This document shows positions 30,767-39,684 of a stretch of 64,000 nt of DNA, one piece after another; the first letter of the stretch is position 1; the number at the start of each line of letters is the position of its first letter. Origin of the DNA: Coriobacteriia bacterium (lineage in GTDB: Bacteria > Actinomycetota > Coriobacteriia > Anaerosomatales > PALSA-660). The position numbers and the translations under genes were made by a program. Below the pieces are notes generated by a model, which was not told where the DNA came from, made no database searches, and worked only from the letters and a program-made list of their open reading frames with translations. Where the stretch lies: NCBI GenBank assembly GCA_030651905.1, contig JAUSBS010000082.1, forward strand, positions 4,322 through 68,321, given 5' to 3'.

Positions 30767-32080
30767 TTATGAGCCACCGCCGGTGGAGCGCCAGTCGTTG
30801 GTGATGCCGTTGACCTTCCAGCCCACTCCCTCGCGCACGAGGGAGATCTGGTAGGTCAGCGTGGCGTTCTTCTGCAGTCGTATGACGATCCGGGCCGCGG
30901 ACGTGGTCGGGCCACCGTCGACCCGATCGACCGTGTACGAATCGAATCGCGCGGGCAGCAACCGCATCTCCTGTTTGATGTCCGTCTGGGGCACGGCCAC
31001 CCAGTAGCTCGCGTAGTCCGAACCTGCCTTGTAGGCATCGACCATCCCGGAGACGGTCGCGCTCTGCGTCGGGTATCCGACGCCGAGATACCACGCGGCC
31101 ACGACACCGCCGAGCACGAGTACGACCACGAGGACCGCGATCCCGATCCTCAATGCAAGACCCGGCCTGGTGGTCTTGGCGCGGCGCTCGTCCTTCGCCG
31201 CCTGTTTGCCTGCCACGCGCGCCTCGTCCTCGGTACGCGTGAAGAAGGTCGCTTCCTCCTCGTCGACCACGGGCGCGATGAAGGGCCCGGATGCGACCCA
31301 CGGCGTGCCGCCGACGGTGTCGTCCGCCACGGGCGGGAGCTCGCCCGTGCTCCACCCCTCCACCTTCTCGGGTCCGGGAAGCGGACCGCTCGTGGCCTTC
31401 GCCGCCTCATAGGCCGCGAGCGCGGCTCCGGTGAGTTCGTAGCCGTGCTCCTCGCGAGCGGCCTCCAGCGCGCGGAGCGCCTCGTCGCCGAATCCCATAG
31501 CGGCGTATGCCAGACCCAGATTCGCGGAGGCCCGGCCCTTCGCCGCGTATCCCGCGACGTTCACGGCCGCCTTGTACGCCTCGATGGCGTCCTCGGGCTT
31601 GCCCAGCGCCATGAAACACATGCCGAGGTTGTTGAGTGCGCGACCCGGGTCCGGGTTGCCCTGCGCCCACGTCGCCTCGCGATACGCCTGACACGCTTCG
31701 TCGTAGCGACCCATGTCGAAGAGCGCTCCGGCCAGCCCCTGCTGTGCCTTCCATGGCGCATCGTTGCCGGGCTCGTCGATAGCCGCTCGATACGCCTCGA
31801 CGGAATCGCTGTAGCGCGCGTCCGCGGCGAGCGCGGCGCCCAGGTTGGTGAAGACGACCGCGCGCTTGTCGTACGACTCGTCCTTGAGTCCGTGCCCGTA
31901 TACCGTCGAGGCGTCGGAGTTGCGGCGGAGCTTGATGAGCGCGTTGCCGGCCATGTGGTAGGCGCGGCCCGTACCCTCCGCGGGTCCGTCGTGGACCGCA
32001 GCCAGGTACTCACGGGCAGCAGCACGCCAATCGCCCGCCGCATACGCCTTGTCGCCGTTCGCCAGCCGCGCTTCGTCCAT
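30767..32080 (-). CDS. TPR-repeat protein with C-terminal TM and small extracytoplasmic domain
   Basis: Several TPR units (AYRAAIDEPGN, ACQAYREATW, AIEAYKAAVN) are followed by the TM IGIAVLVVVLVLGGVVAAWYLG and then a tail of about 120 aa. Confidence 0.75.
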   Translation of the reverse strand: MDEARLANGDKAYAAGDWRAAAREYLAAVHDGPAEGTGRAYHMAGNALIKLRRNSDASTVYGHGLKDESYDKRAVVFTNLGAALAADARYSDSVEAYRAAIDEPGNDAPWKAQQGLAGALFDMGRYDEACQAYREATWAQGNPDPGRALNNLGMCFMALGKPEDAIEAYKAAVNVAGYAAKGRASANLGLAYAAMGFGDEALRALEAAREEHGYELTGAALAAYEAAKATSGPLPGPEKVEGWSTGELPPVADDTVGGTPWVASGPFIAPVVDEEEATFFTRTEDEARVAGKQAAKDERRAKTTRPGLALRIGIAVLVVVLVLGGVVAAWYLGVGYPTQSATVSGMVDAYKAGSDYASYWVAVPQTDIKQEMRLLPARFDSYTVDRVDGGPTTSAARIVIRLQKNATLTYQISLVREGVGWKVNGITNDWRSTGGGS

Positions 32081-32089
32081 GAAAGCCCC

Positions 32090-32731
32090 CTAGGAGCCGT
32101 GCACGATCTTTACGGACGTGATGACGTCGCCCACGGCGATCGAGCGGACGACGTCCATGCCTTTGGTGACGCGGCCGATCACCGTGTACTGCCCGTCGAG
32201 CCCCGGCAGCGGCACGATCCCGATGTAGAACTGCGAACTGGCGGAGTCCTCGTCGCCGGCCATACGGGCCATCGCCACAGTACCCTCCACATGCTTCTCG
32301 TCGCTGAACTCGGCGGCGAGACGCCACTCAGGTCCCCCGGTGCCGACAGCGGGGTCGTCCGTGCGGGAGAGCGGATCGCCCCCCTGGATGAGGATACCTG
32401 GCTCGACCCTGTGGAACTTCGTACCGTCGAAGAAGCCCTGGCGCGCGAGTTCGATGATGCTCGCGACCGTGTTGGGAGCCTTCTTCGGATAGAAGGTGAA
32501 CTCGATGACGCCCTTGCTCGTCGTGAGGATCGCGCGCTCGTCGCCTACGACCGCGGTGGTCGACGTGTGGAGCGGCAGAGCGCCCTGCACGGGTGCAGCG
32601 GTGGCGCCCTCGGCGGGCGGTGCGGCGTCAGGCGCGGGCGCGACCGGCTGCGCGCCGCAGCCTGAAAGGGCGACGGCGAACAGCGTGAGCATGAGGGCCG
32701 CGACAGCGGCAAGATGGCGTGTTCGGTGCAT
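32090..32731 (-). CDS. cyclophilin-type peptidyl-prolyl isomerase, lipoprotein
   Basis: The start is set at MHRTRHLAAVAALMLTLFAVALSGC (lipobox LSGC). The cyclophilin core FHRVEPGILIQGGDP is present. Confidence 0.88.
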   Translation of the reverse strand: MHRTRHLAAVAALMLTLFAVALSGCGAQPVAPAPDAAPPAEGATAAPVQGALPLHTSTTAVVGDERAILTTSKGVIEFTFYPKKAPNTVASIIELARQGFFDGTKFHRVEPGILIQGGDPLSRTDDPAVGTGGPEWRLAAEFSDEKHVEGTVAMARMAGDEDSASSQFYIGIVPLPGLDGQYTVIGRVTKGMDVVRSIAVGDVITSVKIVHGS

Positions 32732-32941
32732 GGCTCGCATATAGTACCAGTCCGCCGCGACGGGTCGCCAATACGCGTGCACGCCCTGTCCGCGCATACG
32801 CTCGCCCTCGCGCGCACGCGTGTCACGCGCGCGGCGTGTGATAGACTCCGACCCGGGCCGGACCCCTCTCGGGACGGCTCATCGGCGAACCGCGTGGGGC
32901 CGCCACCGTGCGGCCCTGTCGCATCTTCGAAACCGGAGGCG

Positions 32942-35008
32942 ATGGCGCGTATGGGAGCACCAAGCACCGACAAGGTCCGGAATGTCGTCCTGGTCGGCCA
33001 TGGGGGCGCGGGCAAGACTTCTCTCGCCGAGGCGATGCTCTTCATGGCAGGGGAAACGAAACGCCTCGGCGCCGTCGAGGGTGGGCACTCCAACCTCGAC
33101 TACGATCCGGAAGAGCTCAAGCGCACGATGACGATCAATCTCGCCCTGGCGCCGGTGGTGCACAAGGGCGTCAAGATCAACGTCATCGACACTCCCGGAT
33201 ACGCCGACTTCGTGGGCGACGCGATCGCCGGCATGGAGGCCGCCGAGATGGCGCTCTTCGTCGTCGATGCGGTCTCAGGTCCACAGGTCCAGACCGAGCG
33301 GCTCTGGGACATCGCCGGCGAGATGGGTATCGCCCGGGCCGTCTTCGTGAACCGCATGGACAAGGAGCATGCCGACTTCGAAGCCGTCATGGCTAAGCTC
33401 GAAGCGCAGTTCGGCCATCGCGTCGGCGCCGTGCAGCTGCCGATGGGCGCGGAGGCCTCGTTCCACGGCGTCATCGACATCATCCGTATGAAGGCCTACC
33501 ACCACGAGGCCGACGGTGAGCACATGGACGACATCCCGGCCGAGTTCACCGCCGCCGTGGAAGCCGCCCGTGAGAAGCTCACCGACCTCGTGGCAGAGGC
33601 CGATGAGGCGCTCATGGAGAAGTTCCTCGAGGGCGAGACGCTCTCGCAAGCCGACCTCGAGAAGCTGCTCGGGCTCGCCATCGCCCAGAGCATCTTCATC
33701 CCCGTCTTCGTCGGGAGCGCGCTCAAGCTCCAAGGCATCGAAGACCTGATGGACGAGATCGTCTCGTTCTTCCCTGAGCCCACGGCCCACGGGCCTTTGC
33801 CGACCGTAGATGGCGGCGAGGTCCCCTTCTCCACGAGTGGCGCCGTCTCGGCCTTCGTGTTCAAGACGCTCTCCGACCCCTACCAGGGGCGGCTCAACTT
33901 CGTGAAGGTCGTCTCGGGGACTCTGTCGACAGGCACGGAACTCGTCAACGCGCGCACCGGCAAGAAGGAACGCGTCGCACATGTCCTCAAGCTCGTCGGC
34001 AAGGAGTCGACTCCTGTCGACGCCGTGCCGGCGGGCGACATCGCCGTCTTACCGAAGCTGCTCGAGACGGCCACGAACGACACCCTCTCGGCGAAGGGAG
34101 ATGTCCGTTTCGCCCCCATGCCGCTTCCCGAGCCGCTCTTCGCCGTCGCCATCCGTGCGAAGAACAAGGCCGATGAGGACAAGCTCGGCACCGGGCTCAA
34201 CAAGATCGTCGAAGAAGAGCCGACCTTGCGCCTCAAGCGCGACGCCGAGACACATCAGACCGTGCTGTCCGCTCTCGGAGACACGCAGATCGACGTGGTC
34301 ATGCAGCGGCTCAAGGCGCGCTTCAACGTCGAGACCGAGCTCGTCGACCTGCGCATCCCGTACCGCGAGACGATCCGCAAGGTCGCGACCGCCCAGGGCC
34401 GCCATAAGAAGCAGACGGGCGGCAGCGGCCAGTTCGGTGACGCATGGCTTCGCCTTGAGCCGAACCCCGGCAAGGGCTACGAGTTCCTCGACGAGATCGT
34501 CGGTGGCCGCATCCCCCGCCAGTACATCCCGCACGTCGACAAGGGCATCCAGGACACGATGGTCCACGGCGTGCTCGCCGGCTATCCCGTCGTCGATGTG
34601 AAGGTCGCCGTCTACGACGGCAGCTACCACGCGGTCGACAGCTCGGAGCTGGCGTTCAAGACCGCCGCGCGGATCGGGTTCCGCGCCGCCGCCGAGAAAG
34701 CGGACATGGTGCTCCTAGAGCCGATCGCGCTGCTCACGATCACGGTGCCCGAACACTACGCCGGCGACGTCATGGGCGACATGTCGTCGAAGCGCGGCAA
34801 GATCCTCGGCATGGAGGGCTCGGGCGGGAAGCAGACCATCAAGGCGTCGGTGCCGTTCGCCGAGGTCGTCGGCTATGCGTTGGCCTTGCGGTCGCTGTCG
34901 CATGGGACCGGGTCGTACGCACTGGAGATCGGCGAGTACGCCGAGGTGCCGTTCGAGATCGCCAAGAAGGTCATCGAGCTGCACGAGAAGGAGAAGGCCG
35001 AGGAGTAG
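32942..35008 (+). CDS. elongation factor G paralog (EF-G2 type)
   Basis: The start is set at MARMGAPSTDKVRNVVLVGHGGAGKTSLAEAML after a GGAGG sequence. All five EF-G domains are recognisable. The gene is not in a str operon context. Confidence 0.88.
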   Translation: MARMGAPSTDKVRNVVLVGHGGAGKTSLAEAMLFMAGETKRLGAVEGGHSNLDYDPEELKRTMTINLALAPVVHKGVKINVIDTPGYADFVGDAIAGMEAAEMALFVVDAVSGPQVQTERLWDIAGEMGIARAVFVNRMDKEHADFEAVMAKLEAQFGHRVGAVQLPMGAEASFHGVIDIIRMKAYHHEADGEHMDDIPAEFTAAVEAAREKLTDLVAEADEALMEKFLEGETLSQADLEKLLGLAIAQSIFIPVFVGSALKLQGIEDLMDEIVSFFPEPTAHGPLPTVDGGEVPFSTSGAVSAFVFKTLSDPYQGRLNFVKVVSGTLSTGTELVNARTGKKERVAHVLKLVGKESTPVDAVPAGDIAVLPKLLETATNDTLSAKGDVRFAPMPLPEPLFAVAIRAKNKADEDKLGTGLNKIVEEEPTLRLKRDAETHQTVLSALGDTQIDVVMQRLKARFNVETELVDLRIPYRETIRKVATAQGRHKKQTGGSGQFGDAWLRLEPNPGKGYEFLDEIVGGRIPRQYIPHVDKGIQDTMVHGVLAGYPVVDVKVAVYDGSYHAVDSSELAFKTAARIGFRAAAEKADMVLLEPIALLTITVPEHYAGDVMGDMSSKRGKILGMEGSGGKQTIKASVPFAEVVGYALALRSLSHGTGSYALEIGEYAEVPFEIAKKVIELHEKEKAEE

Positions 35009-35021
35009 GACGTCACCTGAC

Positions 35022-35111
35022 GAAGAGTCCCCCTGAAGGGCACTCCCGAACGGCTTCGGCGCACAGACCGCGCCTGCAGAATGTTCGGGAGACCCTCCGG
35101 GGGGACTCTTC
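35022..35111. terminator. long imperfect hairpin between convergent EF-G2 and flavin reductase genes
   Basis: The outer arms are GAAGAGTCCCCC and GGGGGGACTCTTC, and the inner arms are CTCCCGAAC and GTTCGGGAG. There is no U-tract. Confidence 0.5.
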
Positions 35112-35135
35112 TGCGTGTCGCTACTCCGACTCAGC

Positions 35136-35222
35136 CCGAAGCCCCGAACCCGGACCCCGAACCCCAGACCAGACCCCAGATCAAACCCCAGATTAAACCC
35201 CAGACCAGACCCCAGACCAGAC
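35136..35222. repeat. C-rich tandem repeat: five 12-nt units CCCAGAYYARAC preceded by degenerate CCCCGAA/CCCGGA units
   Basis: The units CCCAGACCAGAC, CCCAGATCAAAC, CCCAGATTAAAC, CCCAGACCAGAC and CCCAGACCAGAC span 35163-35222 and abut the flavin reductase stop (35224-35226). On the minus strand they give GGGG runs spaced 8 nt apart. Confidence 0.85.
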
Positions 35223-35223
35223 C

Positions 35224-35787
35224 CTACTCCGCGGGGTCCTTCTTGCTGTCGCCGTAGCCGTAGATGCGCTCACCGAGGGACCAGTACTGGTCGGGCATGT
35301 AGGCCATCGGGCGCAGGAGCGTGTAGTCGACGTGACCGCGGTCGTTCAGGATCGCTGGGTCCGCGTACGCACCTTCGACGCGGGCAACGAACAGGTCGTG
35401 GACGCCGATGTGTACCGTCTCGGTGACCGTGCACTCGAGTGCGTAGCGGCACTGGGTGATGCGCGGGGCGGCGATGTGGACGGAGGGCTCGGGCGTGAGA
35501 CCCGTCTCGGTCCACTTGTCGAAGTCCCGGCCTGAGTGAACGCCGCACCAGTCGGTCTCGCGCACGAGCTCCTCGCCGGGGATGTTCAAGCAGAACTCGC
35601 CGGCAGCGACGAGCAGTCCGTGGCTATGGCGTGTGGGGCGGATCGCGATGGTGATGCTCCGGGGGTCGGACGAGGCCATGCCGACCCAAGCGAGCGTGAT
35701 GATGTTGGCGCCGCCGGCTCCGTCGGAGACCGTGACCATCGCCGCGGGGTCCGGGAACACGTAGGCATGCTTCGTCTCATGCTTCAT
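35224..35787 (-). CDS. flavin reductase family protein (FMN-binding split barrel)
   Basis: It starts at MKHETKHAYVF, and ANIITLAWVGMASSDPRSITIAIRPTRHSHGLL is typical of the family. The upstream part of the track ORF covers the tRNA and is not coding. Confidence 0.85.
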   Translation of the reverse strand: MKHETKHAYVFPDPAAMVTVSDGAGGANIITLAWVGMASSDPRSITIAIRPTRHSHGLLVAAGEFCLNIPGEELVRETDWCGVHSGRDFDKWTETGLTPEPSVHIAAPRITQCRYALECTVTETVHIGVHDLFVARVEGAYADPAILNDRGHVDYTLLRPMAYMPDQYWSLGERIYGYGDSKKDPAE

Positions 35788-35882
35788 GGCTGCTTGAAGC
35801 CTCTCTCTCGATCGACTGCATCGACTATCCCCGAAACGCGCGACGGCCCGGCGCCTGTGCCGGACCGTCTCGTGAGTGTCCA

Positions 35883-35958
35883 TGGTGCCCTGTGCAGGAC
35901 TCGAACCTGCGACCTTCTGCTCCGGAGGCAGACGCTCTATCCGCTGGGCTAACAGGGC
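35883..35958 (-). tRNA. tRNA-Arg (anticodon CCG), CCA encoded
   Basis: The minus-strand sequence is GCCCTGTTAGCCCAGCGGATAGAGCGTCTGCCTCCGGAGCAGAAGGTCGCAGGTTCGAGTCCTGCACAGGGCACCA. It folds as a cloverleaf with anticodon loop CTCCGGA and T-loop GGTTCGAGTCC. Confidence 0.93.
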
Positions 35959-36123
35959 GGGAAACGATCTCAGCCCTCGCGGGCCGCCGGTGTACGGTAG
36001 CACACGCGCGCGCGCCGATGCCACTTGCCCGCGCACGCGCGTGTCGCCCGCGCAGGTGTTTGCGACTATGCTTTCAGCATCGTACGGCCCGACGCCGCCA
36101 TTGCCGCGGCACATGGAGGGACC

Positions 36124-37029
36124 ATGAGCGAGGGGCGCATGCTGCTGATCGTCAATCCGGTTGCGCGCCACGGGGAGACGCAGGCCCTGCTACCGGTCAT
36201 CGAGAAACTGCTGGCCAGCGTGGGACACGACACGGTGCTCACCGAACACCCCGGTCACGCCGCGGAGCTGGCCGCCGGAGCGCAGGGCTACGACGTGATC
36301 GTCGCGGTCGGCGGCGACGGCACCGTCCACGAGGTCCTCAACGGCCTGATGGCACACCCTGTCGAGTCCCGACCGACTCTCGGCCTGCTGCCGACCGGGT
36401 CCGGCAACGACACGCGTCGCACGCTCGGCGTGTCGACCGACCTGGCGCAAGCGGCCCTGGAGCTCTCGACAGGCCGACGCCGCGCCTTCGACGTCGGGGT
36501 CTGCAACGGCGTCTACTTCAACAACTCGTTCGCCGCCGGTCTCGATGCGAAGGTCACGGCCAAAGCGGTGGAGTACAAGGTCACGAAGAAGCGTGACGGG
36601 CTGTGGCTCTACCTCACGGCGCTGCTTCACGTGCTGTTCAACGAGCTCGACGCGTTCGACATCTCCCTTGCGTTCGATGGAGAGGAGCCCGCACACGTGC
36701 GCACCCTCATCCTTGCCGCCACGAACGGTCCGACCTACGGAGGCGGCTTCCAGATCTGCCCTCACGCCATCGCCGACGACGGGCTGTTCGAGGTGTGCAT
36801 GATCGACCCGCTGAAGCTGCACGAGGCGCTGTGGCGCCTCCCGTTCGTGATCGCCGGCAAGCACACCGAGATGAAGGTCGTGCACATGTCCCGGCACTCC
36901 TCGCTGGTCCTTGAGTCCGAGGGGCCGATGCCGGCTCAGATCGATGGCGAGGTCCTGCTCGAGCGCCGCTACGAGATCTCGATGCTGCCCGGCGCCATCA
37001 CATGCATCGTCCCGAAGGAGTCCACGTGA
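36124..37029 (+). CDS. diacylglycerol-kinase-family lipid kinase (YegS/BmrU-like)
   Basis: It starts at MSEGRMLLIVNP after GGAGGG and carries the catalytic motif VGGDGTVHEVLNGL. Confidence 0.88.
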   Translation: MSEGRMLLIVNPVARHGETQALLPVIEKLLASVGHDTVLTEHPGHAAELAAGAQGYDVIVAVGGDGTVHEVLNGLMAHPVESRPTLGLLPTGSGNDTRRTLGVSTDLAQAALELSTGRRRAFDVGVCNGVYFNNSFAAGLDAKVTAKAVEYKVTKKRDGLWLYLTALLHVLFNELDAFDISLAFDGEEPAHVRTLILAATNGPTYGGGFQICPHAIADDGLFEVCMIDPLKLHEALWRLPFVIAGKHTEMKVVHMSRHSSLVLESEGPMPAQIDGEVLLERRYEISMLPGAITCIVPKEST

Positions 37030-37754
37030 CCGGTTCATCGCTGGCACTGCCGCTCGTCGCCCTGGCCGGGTCGTACGCCATCGGCTCGATCCCGTGGGCG
37101 TACCTCATCGTGAAGTGGGTCACGGGCGAAGACGTCGCGGCGCACGGCACGGGCAACGTCGGCGCCATGAACGTCAAGCGCACCACCGGCTCCTGGGGCT
37201 GGTTCACCGTCGCCATGCTGGCGGACATGATCAAGGGGTTCGTGCCGGCGTTGCTCGCGAAGCTGGCGGTCACGGGAGCATCCGCTGCGGCTTTCGCGTT
37301 CGCATGGCAGCCCTGGGGCGAGACGCTGCGCTCGATCAGCTCGTTGTGGGTCTCGAATCCGGTCTTCTACGTGCCGATGCTCGCGGTCCTCGGCGCGGTA
37401 CTGGGCCATAACTACTCGATGTGGATGGCGATCGTGAAGAAGCACTTCACGCGCACAGGCAAGGGGCTGGCGACCGGCGCAGGAGCTCTGCTCGCATACG
37501 ACTGGAGGTACTTCGCCGTCGTGGTCGTTCTGGGACTGACGACGATCGCACTCACCCGCTACATGATGGCCGGCCAGGTCGCGGCCGCGGCGTCGCTACC
37601 GGTCGGCGCGCTCGCGCTCGGCTCGCCGGACTGGCCGTTCGCCCTGCTCATGGGCGTCATCGTCTACTGGGCCCACCACAAGCGCTTCATCGGCCTGCTT
37701 CAAGGCAAGGAGCCCAAGTTCTACATCAACGACAGCATGGGGCCGCGCGGCTGA
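37026..37754 (+). CDS. plsY: glycerol-3-phosphate acyltransferase PlsY
   Basis: The GTG start overlaps the kinase stop (GTGA). GSYAIGSIPWAYLIV and HGTGNVGAMNV are present. Confidence 0.85.
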   Translation: MTGSSLALPLVALAGSYAIGSIPWAYLIVKWVTGEDVAAHGTGNVGAMNVKRTTGSWGWFTVAMLADMIKGFVPALLAKLAVTGASAAAFAFAWQPWGETLRSISSLWVSNPVFYVPMLAVLGAVLGHNYSMWMAIVKKHFTRTGKGLATGAGALLAYDWRYFAVVVVLGLTTIALTRYMMAGQVAAAASLPVGALALGSPDWPFALLMGVIVYWAHHKRFIGLLQGKEPKFYINDSMGPRG

Positions 37755-37781
37755 CGCGGCGCACCGGACCGGCGTCGAGAC

Positions 37782-37821
37782 ACAAGAAGGGCCGACCCCC
37801 ACGGGGACCGGCCCTTCTTGT
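37782..37821. terminator. bidirectional terminator hairpin (plsY / ferredoxin)
   Basis: ACAAGAAGGGCCG...CGGCCCTTCTTGT forms a 13 bp stem. Confidence 0.6.
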
Positions 37822-37847
37822 TCGCGCCGAGCCGAGACTCAGACGAG

Positions 37848-38024
37848 CTACTTGAGCTCGATCGCCTCGTTCGGGCAGACCTCCTGGCAGGTGCCGCACT
37901 CGGAGCAGTCGTCCGGACGGGCCAGAACCGCCACGTCCCCGAGGTCGAGGGCGTTGGTCGGGCACTCGTCAACGCAGATGCCGCAGGCGGTGCACAGATC
38001 GGGATCGACGACAGGCTTGCCCAT
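37848..38024 (-). CDS. 2x[4Fe-4S] ferredoxin
   Basis: The motifs CTACGICVDECP and CSECGTCQEVCP are present. The start is set at MGKPVV after AAAGGA. Confidence 0.85.
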   Translation of the reverse strand: MGKPVVDPDLCTACGICVDECPTNALDLGDVAVLARPDDCSECGTCQEVCPNEAIELK

Positions 38025-38118
38025 TGATCTAGTTCCTTTCATTGGCGGTGATGCGCTCCGTGAAGCGGAGTGGTTCAGGATTCTAGCACCGGTGCGGCGC
38101 GATGTGCGACAGCGTCGC

Positions 38119-39684
38119 CTATCGAGCCTTGTCAGCCACCTCGGACGGACTCCAGTAGCAGAAGGGATACGTGCGGTCTGTCAGTATCTCGGAAGCCTCC
38201 CGCATCCGGAGGAGCTCGTCGAGTTCCTCTTGCAGCACCAGACGGTATGGCGCCATGAGATCGCCCAGCTCCTGGTTGACCTCGCGGATCCTTCGCCCGA
38301 GCGCCTTCTTGTCGGCGCCGGGAGACGCGATGGCTGCGATGAGGCGTGCCTTCTCGTCAGCCACTCCCTGCGCGCGACCCCGCTCGTCGGAGGAGTCGAA
38401 CTCGACCTGGTCGATCGCCTGGTCCGGGTTGTGGCGCATGCGATTGAGCGCCATCGAGGCGGCCTCGATGTCCGTGTCGGTGACGACCCGCGCCCCGAGA
38501 GGCAGGTACATCGTCATTGACGCCACGGCGAAGGTCGGGGGCTCGACGCCGAAGTAGCGGCGGATCACGTCGTCGGTGACGGAATCGTAGCGCCCGCCGC
38601 CGACGCCGTGGATGAAGAAGTCGGCGACGAACAGCCGTGCGAAGAGCGTCAGCATGAGCGCCTTCGGCGCCGGCACGAGCGATGACACGAACACGGTGTC
38701 GGGCGCGGACGCGCAATCGGCGAGCTCGCACAGCATCTCGCCGTCGACCACCAACGCAGGCACGTCTCCGGTCCGCGCCCATACAGTGCGCCGGGCACCA
38801 GCCAGATGCCACACCGGCAGCTCGATGAGATCCCCCTCGATACGCAGGTCGGGGAAGGGTTGGGCGGGGTTGCGCGTGCCGGTGCGGTCGCGGAAGTCGG
38901 CCAGCGCGTCGTTGTAGGCCGCCGCGAAGCCGACCGCGTCGCGTGCGATGTGCGCCAGCAGGGTCGCGAAGGCGCGCGAGCGGGCCATGGAGGTGACGGG
39001 CAACTCGAGGTAGTCCGTACTCGCGGAGGCCTCGTAGCGCCGCCGCGCGAACGTCACGAGTTCCGCGAGGTTGGCGGCGTCACCTGCCGCCGCCATCAGC
39101 TTCTCGCAGAACAGGGCGAAGTGATGACCAAGAGCGGGAGCGGGCAGTGAGGAGATTTGCTCCGCACCGGCCTCGCAGAACCGCTCGAGATCGGGCACCG
39201 AAGGGACCGGCGCGCATGCGAAGCATCCGTCGGTCGTTCCCACAGCGAGATAGGCGCGGCATACTCGGACCTCGGGTTTGAAACACGGCGAGTGGATCTC
39301 GACCGCGTCGAATCCGTCTGAGTCGACCACGAGGTCGATAGCAGCGGCGCCGATCTCGTCGGCGAGCCGTTGCAGCAGGAAGTCCTTGACCCACACGCCC
39401 GGGTGGTACAGCTCTGGCTGGTGACCCGTCATGACGATCATCCCGGGCTCGTGCGGCGTGTCGCGCACGGGGACGCCGAGCCGCGCGGAGAACTCGCCGG
39501 CGCGCGCGAGCGCCTCGCGTCGCGCGGAGTCCCTCAGCGCCGCGGCCGGCAGACCGCAGACGTCGAAGTCCCACCCCCGGACCGCGACCGCGTTGGCACG
39601 GGCGAGCCCCGCCCACTGCTCGTAGTCCGGACTCGTCAGCACCTCGCCGTGGCCGGCGGGCGTCGTGGTCTTGACGCTTGCCAC
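38119..39684 (-). CDS. hypothetical 521-aa soluble protein with distant BshC-like (bacillithiol cysteine-adding enzyme) features
   Basis: From my recollection of B. subtilis BshC there are three local resemblances. MTGHQPELYHPGVWVKDF resembles GGQQAGLLTGPLYTIHK. DLVVDSDGFDAVEI resembles FWVAGEDHDLDEINF. KALMLTLFARLFVADFFIHGVGGGRYD resembles RPLMQEFLIPTLAFIAGPGEINYW. The GTG start directly abuts the PIG-L stop. The family assignment is unverified. Confidence 0.45.
   Translation of the reverse strand: MASVKTTTPAGHGEVLTSPDYEQWAGLARANAVAVRGWDFDVCGLPAAALRDSARREALARAGEFSARLGVPVRDTPHEPGMIVMTGHQPELYHPGVWVKDFLLQRLADEIGAAAIDLVVDSDGFDAVEIHSPCFKPEVRVCRAYLAVGTTDGCFACAPVPSVPDLERFCEAGAEQISSLPAPALGHHFALFCEKLMAAAGDAANLAELVTFARRRYEASASTDYLELPVTSMARSRAFATLLAHIARDAVGFAAAYNDALADFRDRTGTRNPAQPFPDLRIEGDLIELPVWHLAGARRTVWARTGDVPALVVDGEMLCELADCASAPDTVFVSSLVPAPKALMLTLFARLFVADFFIHGVGGGRYDSVTDDVIRRYFGVEPPTFAVASMTMYLPLGARVVTDTDIEAASMALNRMRHNPDQAIDQVEFDSSDERGRAQGVADEKARLIAAIASPGADKKALGRRIREVNQELGDLMAPYRLVLQEELDELLRMREASEILTDRTYPFCYWSPSEVADKAR

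Noticed and set aside
32714-32941. A 76-aa N-terminal extension of EF-G2.
   Set aside because: It overlaps the divergent PPIase start region. EF-G homology begins at MARMGAPSTDKVRNVVLVGHGGAGKT, directly after a GGAGG sequence.
35136-35222. A possible CRISPR array or CRISPR remnant.
   Set aside because: The units are 12 nt and directly adjacent, with no spacers, no palindromic repeat core, and no cas genes anywhere in the window.
35115-35426. A proline/arginine-repeat ORF (SPKPRTRTPNPRPDPRSNPRLNPRPDPRPDP...).
   Set aside because: The repeat peptide is simply the translation of the 12-nt DNA tandem repeat. The rest of the ORF is antisense to the flavin reductase gene.
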